From Mobula hypostoma (Eukaryota): a stretch of DNA of 64,000 nt. Location of the stretch: contig NC_086097.1 in NCBI RefSeq assembly GCF_963921235.1, positions 96,288,001-96,352,000 on the forward strand, written 5' to 3'. A program made the translations under genes and the position numbers. Below, piece after piece: positions 26,830-40,370 of the stretch (within the stretch, counting starts at the first letter, position 1; every line of letters begins with the position of its first letter). A model generated the notes under the pieces. It saw nothing but the letters and a program-made list of their open reading frames with translations. It was not told where the DNA came from and did no database searches.

Positions 26830-27069
26830 TGACATATAAAAGTGCTGATTATTTTAAATGGTTATTGGAATCTCAAAACAAACAGAAAAAAAGCTTTTGT
26901 TAATAAAGTCACAGTCAGTAAAAAGACCCAGGAAGCAAGTTATTTAGTAGCAGAACTTATTATCCAGAAAAGGAAAAGTCACACAGTTGTTAAGAACCTA
27001 ATAATGCCAGAATGTAAAATCATAGTGGGTAAAATGCTAGGACATGATGCAGTACAAGAAATTGAAAAG

Positions 27070-28122
27070 CTTTCACGCTCGATGATGATGATAGCTGGTT
27101 CTTTGCTTGCGAAGATCAGGAGGGAAGAAGAGTCCTCAGGAATGACAGCGTGATCGTTGGTGACTGTCGAGGCCAATTCTGGACCTGCAGTCTCTGGAGC
27201 ATTAGGGACACAGGAACAGCTGGAACATGAGTGCTTGGGTAGTAGGATCCTTCCTGCACCTCTGCTTCTCTTCAGCAGTCACTCTTCTGGATTCCACAAA
27301 ATTACTGGCTGTACCGTGAAACAGCATTCTCCAGCGGTCTCTGTCACAAGCCAGCTGCTGCCACTCATTGACTTCGATATTTGCCTGAGAGAGCTGCAGC
27401 TTAAGTTAGTTTTCGTACCTCTTGCACAGGGTGCCACGATCTCCCTTGCCCTGAGAGAGTTCTCCATAGAGTACTGCATTCAGTAACCTGGAGTTGTCCA
27501 TGTGAGACACATGGCCTGATCAGCGTAACTGCTTGAGCAGCAAAGTGTCTTCAATACTTGGAAGTTGAGCTTTCTCCAGGAAACACGATCCTGCCAACTG
27601 ATACCCATGATGGAGCAGAATCAGCACTGATAGAAGTACTCCGGCAAATGGACTTGCTTGTGGTACATGACCCAGGCATCGGAGCCGTATAGCAGTGTTG
27701 TGATGACAGCAGCCCTGTACACCTGGATTTTTGTGGACAGACAGAGCTGTTGGTTCTTCCACATATTTTTCTGGAGGTGCCCGAAGACACTACTAGCTCT
27801 GGTGAGTCGATTGTCATTGTCCCTTACTGTCGTAGCATTGTTTGACATGACGCTGCCCGGGCAGGTGAACTGCTCAACCATGGTGAGCGGGTGGTCGTCA
27901 ATGGTGATCCAAGGTGGGTTGTAAGTGCCATGAGGGGGCTTCTGATGGAGGATCATTGTTTTCTTCAGACTGACCATTAACCTGAAAGCCCTTGAAGCCT
28001 CGGTGAACTGAATGACCACAGCCTGTAGCACGTCCTGTGCGTGCATGAGAAGAGCATAGTCATCTGTATATAGTAGCTCAAGAATGGGCTCTCGCATGAC
28101 TTTTGTTTGGGTGAGAAGGTGG
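27070..28122 (-). mobile_element. 5'-truncated RTE-clade LINE fragment inserted in the hAT transposase
   Basis: ORF 27621-28175(-): ELLYTDDYAL, FRLMVSLKKT, LSTKIQVYRAAVITTLLYGSDAW, typical of the RTE RT C-terminus. (ATC)n tail near 27081-27092. It splits the transposase segment EIEK/PLSN. Confidence 0.85.
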
Positions 28123-28635
28123 CCACTCTCAAATGGTACGATAAGTCGATGTACTGTATTGATGACATGGCACATGATGCTGAGGAGGTTTTATGTGTTA
28201 AACTGAAAACCAACAGCTTCTCTATCCAGGGTGATGAGTCAATAGATTTCACCAATAAATGTCATGTTGTAACATTTCTAAGATTTGTAAATGATGGTGA
28301 AATTCAAGAAAACAACTTCTGTTGTAAAGAACTGTTCGAAACAAAGGCCAAGATATATTTAACTTTTTGTCTTCATATTTGAAAATAAAAGGTCTGCCTT
28401 GAAGGAACTGTGTTGTCATTTGTATTGATTATGCCCCATCAATGGTTGGCTCCATGAGAGGTTTTGTTTTTTTTGTAAAGAAAAGGAAATCCTGATATTG
28501 CCACAACACACTGCTTTCTTTACAGAGAGGTGCTGATGTCAAAAACTCTTGGAAATGAAATGAAAGGTTACAGATAAAAGGTTACACCATAAAAGGTTAC
28601 AGGTAAAAACACTGGTAAATGGGATTGGTATATAA

Positions 28636-28715
28636 CAGGGATTTCCAACCTGAGGTCCACGAACTCCTTGATTAATGGTAGGGGACCATGGCGTTAAAAG
28701 GGTTGGGAAGCCCTG
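28636..28715. mobile_element. 80-bp hAT-type MITE
   Basis: Imperfect TIRs CAGGGATTTCCAACC / GGTTGGGAAGCCCTG, similar to the hAT left end at 25919; TSD not clearly preserved. Confidence 0.7.
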
Positions 28716-29384
28716 ATACAAATGAATACTTGTTGGTGAGCTGAGGACCTGTTGTTGTGAGTTTTGGCTCTATGACACAAGTGCCTAGAAGCACAAGGAA
28801 GTCAGATAGAGAAAGGCTGGCAGCCGTTCTCCTCTTACGGACTTCAGTACAATAAATAAAAATATTTTTAAAAAACTGCCAGCGCTGGTGATCCAAAATA
28901 AAAACAGAAAATTCCAAAAATTCTGCAGGTCAGGCAGCATTTATGGAAAGAGAAACAAGAGCTGATGTTTCAGTTTGAAGGCTTTAAATGTTAATGCTAT
29001 TTATCTGCTCAAAGATGTGGCTGACTTGTGATGTATTATTAGTATTTTATATTTTCATCTTGCATTCTCACAACATTCATTACTAAGGTTAGTTGTTTTT
29101 CCCTATCCCAAATTTCAGATTATCAATTTAAATTCCATAGCTGCTGTGGTCGGGTCTCTAGATTGTGCATCCATGATACGAGTCTGGTAACTTAACCATC
29201 ATACCTTGAATTTTTACGTGAATTTCAGTACTTAAATTTTTTTTTTCCTTTGCTACATGCTTAAATTTTAAACCGTAATCTTCTTTTTGTCGAAAAGTTG
29301 GATTTGAGTAGATAAAACTGTGTCTAAAATGAGGATCCAAGAAACCATATATTGTATACAAGCTGGCGCATAAAAGTTTAGGAA

Positions 29385-31036
29385 CAAAACCATATGATAT
29401 TGAGAGACTGTGTTAGCATGGACTGAAGATTAGCTACCACACAAAAGACAGGGCATCAAATGCTGCAAGGTATGCCAAGGTTCGATTTAGTTATTTACAA
29501 ATATTTATGACCTGGAGGAAAGACAGAATGTAAAGTATCCAAGTTCGCTAATGACATAAAATAGATGAGAGGGTATGTTGTGATGAACAGACATGGACTG
29601 CAACAAGACATTAATAGGTTGAGTAAGTGGGCAAAAACATGGTTAATACAATCTAGTGTGGCAAAAATTAAGGTCACACACTTTGGTAAGAAGAATCTGA
29701 AAAAAGACCATTATATAAATGGAGAAAGATTATGGATGAGTATACAATTGTAGGATTATGTGCATTGAATCATAAGAAGTGAGCATTCATTTTGAGAGGA
29801 CTAGAATATAAAAGCAAGATGTAATGCTGAAGCATTTTAAGGCATTGGTCAGAATGTACATGGAGTATTATGAGCCATTTTGGACCCCTTATCTGAGAAA
29901 GGACATGCTAGCATTGGAGAGGGTCCAGAAGTAGTTCACAAGAATGACCCCAGGAATGAAAGGATTAACATATGAGGAACATTTGACGGCTCTGGTCCTG
30001 TACTCGCTGGAGTTTAGAAGAATATGTAGGGGTCTCATTGAAGCCTATTGAATATAGAAAGACCTAGATAGAGTGGATGTTGAGAGGATGTTTCCTATAC
30101 TGTAGTGGGGTGGGGGGATTAGGACCAGGAGGGCCTTCAGATTAGAAGGATGTTCCTTTACAGCAGAGATGAAGAGGAATTTCTTTAGCCAGAGGGTGGT
30201 AAGTCTGTGGAATTTATTGCCACAGATGGCTGTGGAGTCCAAGTCATGGGTATATTTAAAGTGAATATGATTAAGTTCTTGAATAGTAAGAGTGTCAAAG
30301 GCTATGGGGAGAAGGCAGGAGAATAGGATTAAGAGGGATAATAAATGAGCTATAGTGTAATGGTGGAGCAGACTTGATGGGCAGAATGGCCTAATTCTGC
30401 TTCTATGTCTTATGGTTTAAGTTAGCTGGCAGGTGTAGCAAGAAGTTATGAAAGCAAATGGCATATAGGCCTTTATTTAAAAAAGGTTGGGGTATAGAAA
30501 CAAAGAATTATTGTTATATTTACACAAGGTACTGGAGAAGTACCATCTGTAGTACTCTGCAAAATTTTGGTCAGATTACCTAACAATAGACTAGCATTTA
30601 GAGGAATTCCAAAAGAAATTTACCAGGCTAATTCCTAGAAAGAGATAGTTGTTCTATCATGAGCAGCTAAGGAAATTTGATCAATATTTTTTGGAATTCA
30701 GAAGAATGAGGGGTGATTTTAAGGAAATGTACAAGAGCCTAATTCGACATGACAGTACAAAAGTCAAGATGTTTCCAATATTGGAGGATTTTCAAATGAG
30801 GAAACACAATTATAAGATTAGAGAATAGACACGAAATACTCAGGAAGATCTCACAGAAAGCGGAGGATCTCTATGTCAGAGGGTTATGGAGGCTAGATCA
30901 TTGGAGGTGTTTAAATTTTTTGGAAGATCAGAGAATTGAGTTCTGAGCATTGATAAATCATCCATGATCACGAATGGCAAGGAAGGCTTGAGAGCCTGAC
31001 TCACCTATACCTATTTCTATTTTCTTATGTTCTTAT
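29385..31036 (+). mobile_element. Old decayed CR1 LINE 3' part with a younger CR1 3' fragment nested at ~29785-30418
   Basis: SKFAND, LQQDINRLSKWAKTW and HFGKKN remnants. Two separate CR1-type tails (TATGTCTTATGG near 30405; TTCTTATGTTCTTATG near 31022). Confidence 0.75.
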
Positions 31037-31054
31037 GTATAACATTCCTGTTTT

Positions 31055-31850
31055 GGAATTGGTTTATTATTATTACACTTACTGAGGTACAGTAAAACGC
31101 TTGCTTTGCATCTTATTCATACAGATCAATTCATTACAAAATGCATTGAAGCAGTACAATGTAAAACAATAATAGAATGCATTATAATGCACTTCTTTTT
31201 CCCTTATTAGGGAGAGAGAGAACTTGTGGTATGTTGAATTACCAGGTGAACGAATAGACTCTGGTGTACTGCAATTCTGGATTTTTAATGATGCCTTGCT
31301 GCACGCTTGAGTGCTTGGTGGAGGTGCGATGCTTTTTTGCAGGTGAGGAAGGTAGGGGTCATTGCCCTGCTGCTGCTTGTGCGTGGGAGGGGGGAGCTGG
31401 AGGGGGCTTTGGGGTTCTAACATTTAACTGTCATTCATTCTTTGCGGCACTCCTGTTTTCGTGGATGTTTGTGAAGAAAAAGAATTTCAGGATGTATATT
31501 GTATATATTTCTCTGACATTAAATATACCTATTAAACCTATTGAAAGCATTATAGTCACAGAGAAAGTGCAGTGCAGATAGACAATAAGGTGCAAGATCA
31601 TAAGATAGATTGTGAAGATCAAGAGTTCATTTCATTATGCTAGGAGCCATTCCATAGTTTTATAACAATGGGATGGAAGCAATCCCTGAGCCTGGTGCAG
31701 ATGTTTTCAGGCCTTTGTATCAGCTGCCCTATACAGAGGGAGAAGAATGAAAATCCAGGGTTGGTGGGGTCTTTGATTATGCTAGCCGCTTTACTGAGAT
31801 AGCAAGAAGAAATAGACAGAGACTGTGGAGAAAAGGCTTGTTCGGTAGCA
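31055..31850 (-). mobile_element. Decayed non-LTR retroelement 3' fragment, interrupted at ~31190-31546 by another repeat
   Basis: KAASIIKDPTNPG..TRLRDCFHP remnant in ORF 31640-31906(-). GCATTATA is duplicated around the inner insert. Confidence 0.5.
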
Positions 31851-32030
31851 TGAGCATAATCTTTTTTGACAAAACTCAAAATCATGCATGGTACCTCTGC
31901 AGGCAAAACAAATACTCATCCGAATGAACCTTGGATTTGCAATGATATCCTCTTTAAGATATGAAGTCACAGAACATAATATTTTTGCAGATAAGGAAGA
32001 GAAAACAGGAAGGATATAAACTAATTTTAC

Positions 32031-32108
32031 CTCATAGCACCATCTTCCCAACAGGTAGTATAAAGAAGGATCATCATTTTTCAGTTTAATGGCCTTATCA
32101 ATATGCTC
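32031..32108 (-). CDS. RMDN3: Internal coding exon (78 nt, phase 0/0) of an RMDN/FAM82-family gene: [26 protein letters not shown]
   Basis: Minus-strand acceptor tttttctag and donor GAG|gtaaaa. Peptide matches the recalled RMDN motif EHxDKAIxLxxxxPxxxxLLGRWCY and is in frame with the 48407-48482 exon. Family call is strong; RMDN3 versus RMDN2 is less certain. Confidence 0.85.
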
Positions 32109-33049
32109 CTAGAAAAATAATAATAGGAATGAGACTGTAAATTTCCGCTGCAGCTGAGGAATCAGCAGAATCTGATAATTTCACTATAGGTTAATTGAAA
32201 TTACTACACAAATTTAAGTGCATCTCAGTCTGGCATCTCTATTTTGTACTTTGGTCTAGTTTGTTTTTTTACCTCTCCATAGGCCCTCTGCACAACTTCC
32301 AGGCTAATACTCAATACTTTGCTGAACAAAGACTCCAATGTAAGAGGTGGCTTCTCTTGTTCAAGCTTGTTCAGGTAACTACGATTTATCCCAAGGCACC
32401 ATTTGGGAGGTTATTTATTAGAGAAGTACAAAGACAAGCACATTTTCTTCTCCATCGCCAAAGCAATTTGGCCAGCAAGAACAATGCAATTTCAAAGAGG
32501 GAATGAAGTTCTTCTGGTCATTACGAACTCCTATGGTGACTCCTTAACTGAATGACAGGCGAACGTTGCTTCAATTATTTTTGAGAACTTATCCAACAGT
32601 CTTCCTTTACATGCTTTCTTGTTGTAGGGCTCACCTATGCCAGCGTAACTGCTGGGTCTCAACCTCCTTCAACCTAAGAAAATAGCTCCCCTTCTATTCT
32701 GTCACACTTTTCTGCAGAAATCCTGAAAAGATGTTGCTGCAACAATACTCACCTTCAAATATTAAATCTCAGCACCATGCATGCCTCAGAAAGAAAACAC
32801 TTGCATCTCTACCTCAGCATGCATCTTGCTGTAAGTATTCTATGTATCTTTTAAGGGACCACTTGTCACTTGTTAGAGAGCTGAGAGATAAGAGAGAGTG
32901 AGTCGGGATTGGCTACGGCTACTGAACAGGTTTGTAAGAGACAAGAGTTTTCATTGCAGGGCGAGATCAGCTGTGCATTTCCATGAAACTGAGTACACAA
33001 TTGCTGCTATTGTGACTCCCGTCTCCCCTTACCCCACCAATATTCTGCA

Positions 33050-35664
33050 ATCCCGTCTCCCTCAGATCCCATCGTCAGCTCCTGGTCCCTGCTGGGTCTT
33101 TACCATCCCCTCCGACCTTCAACTGTTGGAGGCAGAATGCTCTGTCCTCAGTAAGGGCCTCACCTTTGTCCCCCTTCACCCACACCACAGCGATTTCCGC
33201 GTTCGCCATGATGCGGAACTCTTCTTCCGCCATCTCCATCTCTGAGCCTACTTCTTCGGCAAGGACTCTTCCACCCTCACCGATGACCCCTTCTCCCGTC
33301 TTCAACCCTCCTCTTCTTCATGGACACCCCGCTCTGGTCTTCTGCCTGCTCTGGATCTCTTTATTGCTAACTGCCGACGGGACATCAACTGTCTTGACTT
33401 CACCGCATCTTGTTCCCATTCCAACCTCAGTACTTCCGAACGCTCTGCTCTCCACTCCCTCCACACTAATCCTAACCTTACTATTAAACCCGCTGATAAG
33501 GGGGGTGCTGTTGTAGTCTGGCGTATTGACCCCTACCTTGCCGAGGCACAGCGACAACTCATGGATACCTCCTCTTATTTACCCCTCTATCATGACTCCA
33601 CTGAGGAGCACCAGGCCATTGTCTCCCACACCATCACCGACTTTATCCGTTCAGGGGATCTCCCATCCACTGCTACCAACCTTATAGTTCCCACACCTCG
33701 CACTTTCCGTTTCTACCTCCTACCCAAGATCCACAAACCTGCCTGTCCTGGCAGACCTATTCTCTCAGCTTGCTCCTGCCCCACCGAACTCGTTTCTGCA
33801 TACCTTGACACGGTTTTATCCCCCCTTGTTCAATCCCTTCCTACCTATGTTCGTGACACTTCTCACGCTCTTAAACTTTTCGATGATTTTAAGTTCCCTG
33901 GCCCCCACCGCTTTATTTTCACCATGGATGTCCAGTCCTTATATACTTCCATCCCCCATCAGGAAGGTCTCAAAGCTCTACGCTTCTTTTTGGATTCCAG
34001 ACCTAATCAGTTCCCCTCTACCACCACTCTGCTCCGTCTAGCGGAATTAGTCTTTACTCTTAATAATTTCTCCTTTGGCTCCTCCCACTTCCTCCAAACT
34101 AAAGGTGTAGCCATGGGCACTCGTATGGGTCCTAGCTATGCCTGCCTTTTTGTTAGCTTTGTGGAACAATCTATGTTCCGTACCTGTTCTGGTATCTGTC
34201 CCCCACTTTTCCTTCGCTACATCGACGACTGCATTGGCGCTGCTTCCTGCGCGCATGCTGAGCTCATTGACTTATTAACTTTGCCTCCAACTTTCACCCT
34301 GCCCTCAAGTTTACCTGATCCATTTCCGACACCTCCCTCCCCTTTCTAGATCTTTCTGTCTCTATCTCTGGAGACAGCTTATCCACTGTCTACTATAAGC
34401 CTACTGACTCTCACAGCTATCTGGACTATTCCTCTTCTCACCCTGTCTCTTGCAAAAATGCCATCCCCTTCTCGCAATTCCTCCGTCTCCGCCGCATCTG
34501 CTCTCAGGATGAGGCTTTTCATTCCACGACGAGGGAGATGTCCTCCTTTTTTAAAGAAAGGGGCTTCCCTTCCTCCACCATCAACTCTGCTCTCAAATGC
34601 ATCCCCGCATTTCACGCACATCTGCTCTCACTCCATCCTCCCGCCACCCCACTAGGAATAGGGTTCCCTTGGTCCTCACCTATCACCCCACCTCTGGGTC
34701 CAACATATCATTATCCGTAACTTCCGCCACCTCCAACGGGATCCCACCACTAAGCACATCTTTCGCTCCCCCCGCCCCGCTTTCCGAAGGGATCGCTCCC
34801 TACGCAACTCCCTTGTCCTTTCGTCCCCCTATCCCTCCCCACTGATCTCCCTCCTGGCACTTATCCTTGTAAGCGGAACAAGTGCTACACATGCCCTTAC
34901 ACTTCCTCCCTTACCACCATTCAGGGCCCCAGACAGTCCTTCCAGGTGAGGCGACACTTCACCTGTGAGTCAGCTGGGGTGATATACTGAGTCCGGTGCT
35001 CCCGATGTGGCCTTTTATATATTGGCGAGACCCGACGCAGACTGGGAGATCGCTTTGCTGAACACCTACACTCTGTCCGCCAGAGAAAGCAGGATCTCCC
35101 AGTGGCCACACATTTTAATTCCACATCCCATTCCCATTCTGACATGTCTATCCACTGCCTCCTCTACTGTAAAGATGAAGCCACACTCAGGTTGGAGGAA
35201 CAACACCTTATATTCCGTCTGGGTAGCCTCCAACCTGATGGCACGAACATTGACTTCTCTAACTTCCGCTAATGCCCCACCTCCCCCTCGTACCCCATCC
35301 GTTATTTATTTTTATACACACATTCTTTCTCTCACTCTCCTCTTTCTCCCTCTGTTCCTCTCAGTATACCCCTTGCCCATCCTCTGGGTTCCCCCCGCCC
35401 CCTTGTCTTTCTCCCTTGGCCTCCTGTCCCATGATCCTCTCATATCCCCTTTGCCAATCACCTGTCCAGCTCTTGGCTCCATCCCTCCCCCTCCTGTCTT
35501 CTCCTATCATTTTGGATCTCCCCCTCCCCCTCCCACTTTCAAATCTCTTACTAACTTTTCCTTCAGTTAGTCCTGTGAAGGGTCTCGGCCTGAAACGTCG
35601 ACTGTACCTATTCCTAGAGATGCTGCCTGGCCTGCTGCATTCACCAACAACTTTGATGTGTGTT
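33050..35664 (+). mobile_element. Penelope-like element (RT + GIY-YIG), 5'-truncated, disrupted by stops and frameshifts
   Basis: FYLLPKIHK, GRPI, MDVQSLYTSIP, GVAMGTRMGP and RYIDD in ORF 33561-34349. The GIY-YIG region ends at TAA ~35272. The 3' end has a hammerhead motif missing one core base (35569-35603). Confidence 0.93.
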
Positions 35665-36267
35665 ACACAATTGATTGTAAGCTTTCACCAAATGCAGCCA
35701 CAGTAAGAGTCTGAATTCAGAAGTACTAAATGCCTGTAGTTATGATATTTATGTGGAAACGTTATGAATACATATCTGTGTTAAATATACTAACAGTGAA
35801 CTGTATGCATTGAGGATGGGGAGAGGGAAGGCAAATGAGGACAAAAGCGAAGGGGGAAGAAGTGGATAGATATAGAGAAGACACGATTTGTAGAAGGTTT
35901 AAATAAAATCAGAAGGGGTGTTGGTAGCTTTATTGGGAATACAGAAAGGAGAGAGAAGAAACAGAAAGAGGAAGTTGGAAAAAAGTAACGTGAAACAAAC
36001 ATGACAAAATAACATCCTATTTCATGGCACCAACTCTGGACCCCATGCTGGCCTTCAGGGCGCAGTGCAGAAGAAGTGCCCCTAACTGAATTTGACCCAT
36101 GAGGCACAGTCTGGCCTATGCTAAAGTAGTATATAAAAATGTGTAATATCTGAAGGTAGTTCTAGGCCCAACTTTATTTACATCAAAGCAATTAGTGCCA
36201 CAGACATCCTGCCTTATATTTTCTCAAGGTAAGATAAAGTGTCTCCATTTTGGTGTGATCAATTACA

Positions 36268-38990
36268 GGGCAGGAATGGATTCTCAATATTCCTGGATTT
36301 CAGTGCTTTAAAAGGGATAGAGAGGGGGAAAAAAGGGGAGGAGGGGTGGCATTACTGGTCAGGGATACTATTACAGCTACAGAAAGGGTGGGTAATGTAG
36401 CAGGATCCTCTTTTGAGTCAGTATGGGTGGAAGTCAGGAACAGGAATGGAGCAGTTACTCTATTGGGGGTATTCTATAGGCCCCCTGGTAGCAGCAGAGA
36501 TACAGAGGAGCAGATTGGGAGGCAGATTTTGGAAAGGTGCAAAAATAACAGTGTCGTTATCATGGGTGACTTTAACTTCCCTAATATTGATTGGCACCTG
36601 ATTAGTTCCAAGAGTTTAGACGGGGAAGAGTTTGTTAAGTGTGTCCAGGACGGATTCCTGTCACAGTATGTTGACAGGCCAACTAGGGGGAATGCCATTC
36701 TAGATCTAGTATTAGGTAACGAACCGGGTCAGGTCACTTAGTGGGTGAGCATCTGGAGGGCAGTGACCACTGCTCCCTTGCCTTTAGCATTATCATGGAA
36801 AAAGATAAAATCAGAGAGAACAGGAAAATTTTTAATTGGGGAAGGGCAATTTATGAGGCTATAAGGTTAGAACTTGTGGGTGTGAATTGGGATGACGTTT
36901 TTGCAGGGAAATGTACTATGGACATATGGTTGATGTTTAGGGATCTCTTGCAGGATGTTAGGGATAAATTTGTCCCAGTGAGGAAGATAAAGAATGGTAG
37001 AGTGAAGGAACCATGGGTGACAAGTGAGGTGGAGAATCTAGTCAGGTGGAAGAAGGCAGCATACATGACGTTTCGGAAGCAAGGATCAGATGGGTCTATT
37101 GAGGAATATAGGGTAGCAAGAAAGGAGCTTAAGAAGGCGCGGAGAAGAGCAAGAAGGGGCATGAGAAGGCTTTAGCGAGTAGGGTAAAGGAAAACCCCAA
37201 GGCATTCTTCAATTATGTGAAGAACAAAAGGATCACAGGAGTGAAGGTAGGACTGATTAGAGATAAAGGTGGAAGTTGTGCCTGGAGGCTGTGGAAGTGA
37301 GCGAGGTCCTCAATGAATACTTCTCTTTGGTATTCACCAATGAGAGGGAACTTGATGACGGTGAGGACAATATGAGTGAGGTTGTTGTTCTGGAGTATGT
37401 TGATATTAAGGGAGAGGAGGTGCTGGAGTTGTTAAAATACATTAGGATGGATAAGTCCCCGGGGCCTGACGGAATATTCCCTAGGCTGCTCCACGAGGCG
37501 AGGGAAGAGATTGCAGAGCCTCTGGCTAGGATCTTTATGTCCTCGTTGTCCACGGGAATGGTACTGGAGGATTGGAGGGAGGTGAATGTTGTCCCCTTGT
37601 TCAAAAAAGGCAGTAGGGATAGTCCAAGTGATTATAGACCAGTGAGCCTTACATCTGTGGTGGGGAAGCTGTTGGAAAAGATCCTTAGAGATAGGATCTA
37701 TGGGCATTTAGAAAATCATCGTCTGATCAGGGACAGTCAGCATGGCTTTGTGAAGGGCAGATCGTGTCTAACAAGCCTGATAGAGTTCTTTGAGGAGGTG
37801 ACCAGGCATCTATGAGGGTAGTGCAGTGGATGTGTTCTATATGGATTTTAGTAAGGCATTTGACAAGGTTCCACACAGTAGGCTTATTCAGGAAGTCAGA
37901 AGGGATGGGATCCAGGGAAGTTTGGCCAGGTGGATTCAGAATTGGCTTGGCTGCAGAAGGCAGAGGTTCATGGTGGAGGGAGTACATCCGGATTGGAGGG
38001 TTTTGACTAGTGGTGTCCCACAAGGATCAGTTCTGGGACCTCTACTTTTCGTGATTTTTATTAACGACCTAGATGTGGGGGTAGAAGGGTGGGTTGGCAA
38101 GTTCGCAGATGACACAAAGGTTGGTGGTGTTGTAGATAGTGTAGAGGATTGTCGAAGATTGCAGAGAGACATTGATAGGATGCAGAAGTGGGCTGAGAAG
38201 TGGCAGATGGAGTTTAACCCGGAGAAGTGTGAGGTGGTACACTTTGGAAGGACAAACTCCAAGGCAGAGTACCAAGTAAATGGCAGGATACTTGGTAGTG
38301 TGGAGGAGCAGAGGGATCTGGGGGTACATGTCCACAGATCCCTGAAAGTTGCCTCACAGGTAAATAGGGTAGTTAAGAAAGCTTAGGGTGTTAGCTTTCA
38401 TAAGTCGAGGAATAGAGTTTAAGAGTCGTGAGGTAATGATGCAGCTCTATAAAACTCTGGTTAGGTCACACTTGGAGTACTGTGTCCAGTTCTGGTCGAC
38501 TCACTATAGGAAGGAGGTGGAAGGATTGGAAAGGGTACAGAGGAGATTTACCAGGATGCTGCCTGGTTTAGAGAGTATGCATTATGATCAGAGATTAAGG
38601 GAGCTAGGGCTTTACTTTTTGGAGAGAAGCAGGATGAGAGGAGACATGATAGAGGTGTACAAGATAATAAGAGGAATAGATAGAGTGGATAGCCAGCACC
38701 TCTTCCCCAGGGCACCACTGCTCAATAAAAGAGGACTTGGCTTTAAGGTAAGGGGTGGGAAGTTCGAGGGGGATATTAGAGGAAGGTTTTTTACTCAGAG
38801 TGGTTGGTGCGTGGAATGCACTGCCTGAGTCAGTGGCAGAGGCAGATACACTTTTGAAATTTAAGAGGCTACTAGACAGGTATATGGAGGAATTTAAGGT
38901 GGGGGGTTATATGGGAGGCAGGGTTTGAGGGTCAGCACAACATAGTGGGCTGAAGGGCCTGTACTGTGCTGTACTATTCTATGTTCTATG
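36268..38990 (+). mobile_element. CR1 LINE, most of ORF2 (APE endonuclease + RT) and 3' tail, inactivated
   Basis: [60 protein letters not shown]; ends TATTCTATGTTCTATG. Confidence 0.96.
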
Positions 38991-39799
38991 ACAGGTAAAT
39001 GAGGGATAACAGATTTATAATTTCCCCACTAGCGCTTTCTGCTAAGATTCCTCTTTGCCTCAAATGTCTTGCAGTTATCAGCCCTAATGTGCTGACAGAT
39101 TGGTGTTCCAAAAAAATAGACAAGATGCTGCTGTTACTTTGTCACAATTAATGTAATGAAAACTGTGGGAAATTGGACACTGCTGGGCTACTTAGTCTGA
39201 TATGAAGTACGGAGATACAACAGATCCAGTCTAATCTGTTCTTCACATTAAATTTGTTCAACTACTTACAGGAATGAATGAAAATAAATCTGTCTTTCTA
39301 ACTTTGAAATCATTCATTTTGGTGCTTCTTTTGCCATCCCAGTGCATGAACATTACAGTAAGTAATATTCTACAGAATGGGGAATTTTATAAGAAAATAA
39401 ATTGTCTTTACATTGGAGCAGTTCATTTTATTTCATACAATTAAAATAACGATGCCTTTCATTTTGCCTTTTGAGTTACCGTGGCAAGTAGCAACTATGT
39501 TAAAAATCTTACAATTTTTGAGTGGTCCTGGATAATTTGACTGTCTAAGAAAAGTAAACTCTCAAGAATTGTGCCAACTTAGATTCAAAGTGCTTGAGAT
39601 GACACAACAATCAGCCAAACATAAAAGATAGACTCTTCTTTGTACTGTATTTTTATATAACACATGTTACAAAATATTTTAGAAACCAAAAGGGAGAGAC
39701 AAGAGACTGTAGATGTTGGAATCTAGAGCAACAAACAATCTGCCGGAGGAGTTCAATAGGTTGAGCAGTATTTGTGGGGTCCATCGACCAGAAACTGAA

Positions 39800-40370
39800 C
39801 TGGAGAAGCCATATATACAATGGGCTATAAGAGCAAGTCAGAGGCTAGGAATCTTGCAGTGATCAACTCATCTCCTAACTCCCCAAGATCTGCCTATTAT
39901 TTACAAGACAACTCAGGAGTGTGAAAAAATCCTTTCCACTTGCCTAAAGTTCATCTTCAACAATACTGATGAAGCTCAACATCATAAAAGATTGAACTCA
40001 CTCTATCACCCAACAATCAGCAAAAACAAGCAGTTGGCACCATCTACCAGATGCACTACAGCAACCCTCCAAGATTCCTTAGATAGCACCTTCTAAATCT
40101 GCCACCTCTATAAGCTAAAAGGGCAAGGGTATTAAAAAGAGGAGCACCACAAACTGTAAGTTTCCCACCAAGTCACACATTATCCAGACTTGGAATTATA
40201 TATCACCATGATTTCTTTACTGTTGCAGGCCAAAATCCTGGAATTCTCTCCCTGACAACTACATGAACCACACTTCAAGAACTACAGCCGTTCAAAAAGG
40301 CAGTTCACCACTACCTTCTAAACAGTAACTCAAGATGGGTAAGTAAATGCTGGCTTAGCTTGTGAAGCCC
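39800..40370 (+). mobile_element. Highly decayed LINE-like 3' fragment
   Basis: Residual LINE C-terminal-like text (e.g. GCAAGTCAGAGGCTAGGAATCTTG, TTCAAAAAGGCAGTTCACCACTACCTTCT); no intact ORF. Confidence 0.4.

Larger units (their letters stand above)
25919..28570 (+). mobile_element. Decayed hAT (Charlie/Buster, ZBED5/SCAND3-like) DNA transposon, right end missing, interrupted by two retroelement insertions
   Basis: Left TIR CAGGGTTTCTCAACC. Translated remnants: CLVCGKQL..LKRHLTTNH, ASYLVAELI..KRKSHTV..LIMPECK, FSIQGDESIDFTNKCHVVTFLRFV..IQENNFCCKEL. Multiple frameshifts and stops. Confidence 0.85.

Noticed and set aside
26375..28570. Domesticated ZBED5/SCAND3-type host gene
   Set aside because: It has a TIR, multiple frameshifts and stops, and two insertions: a dead transposon.
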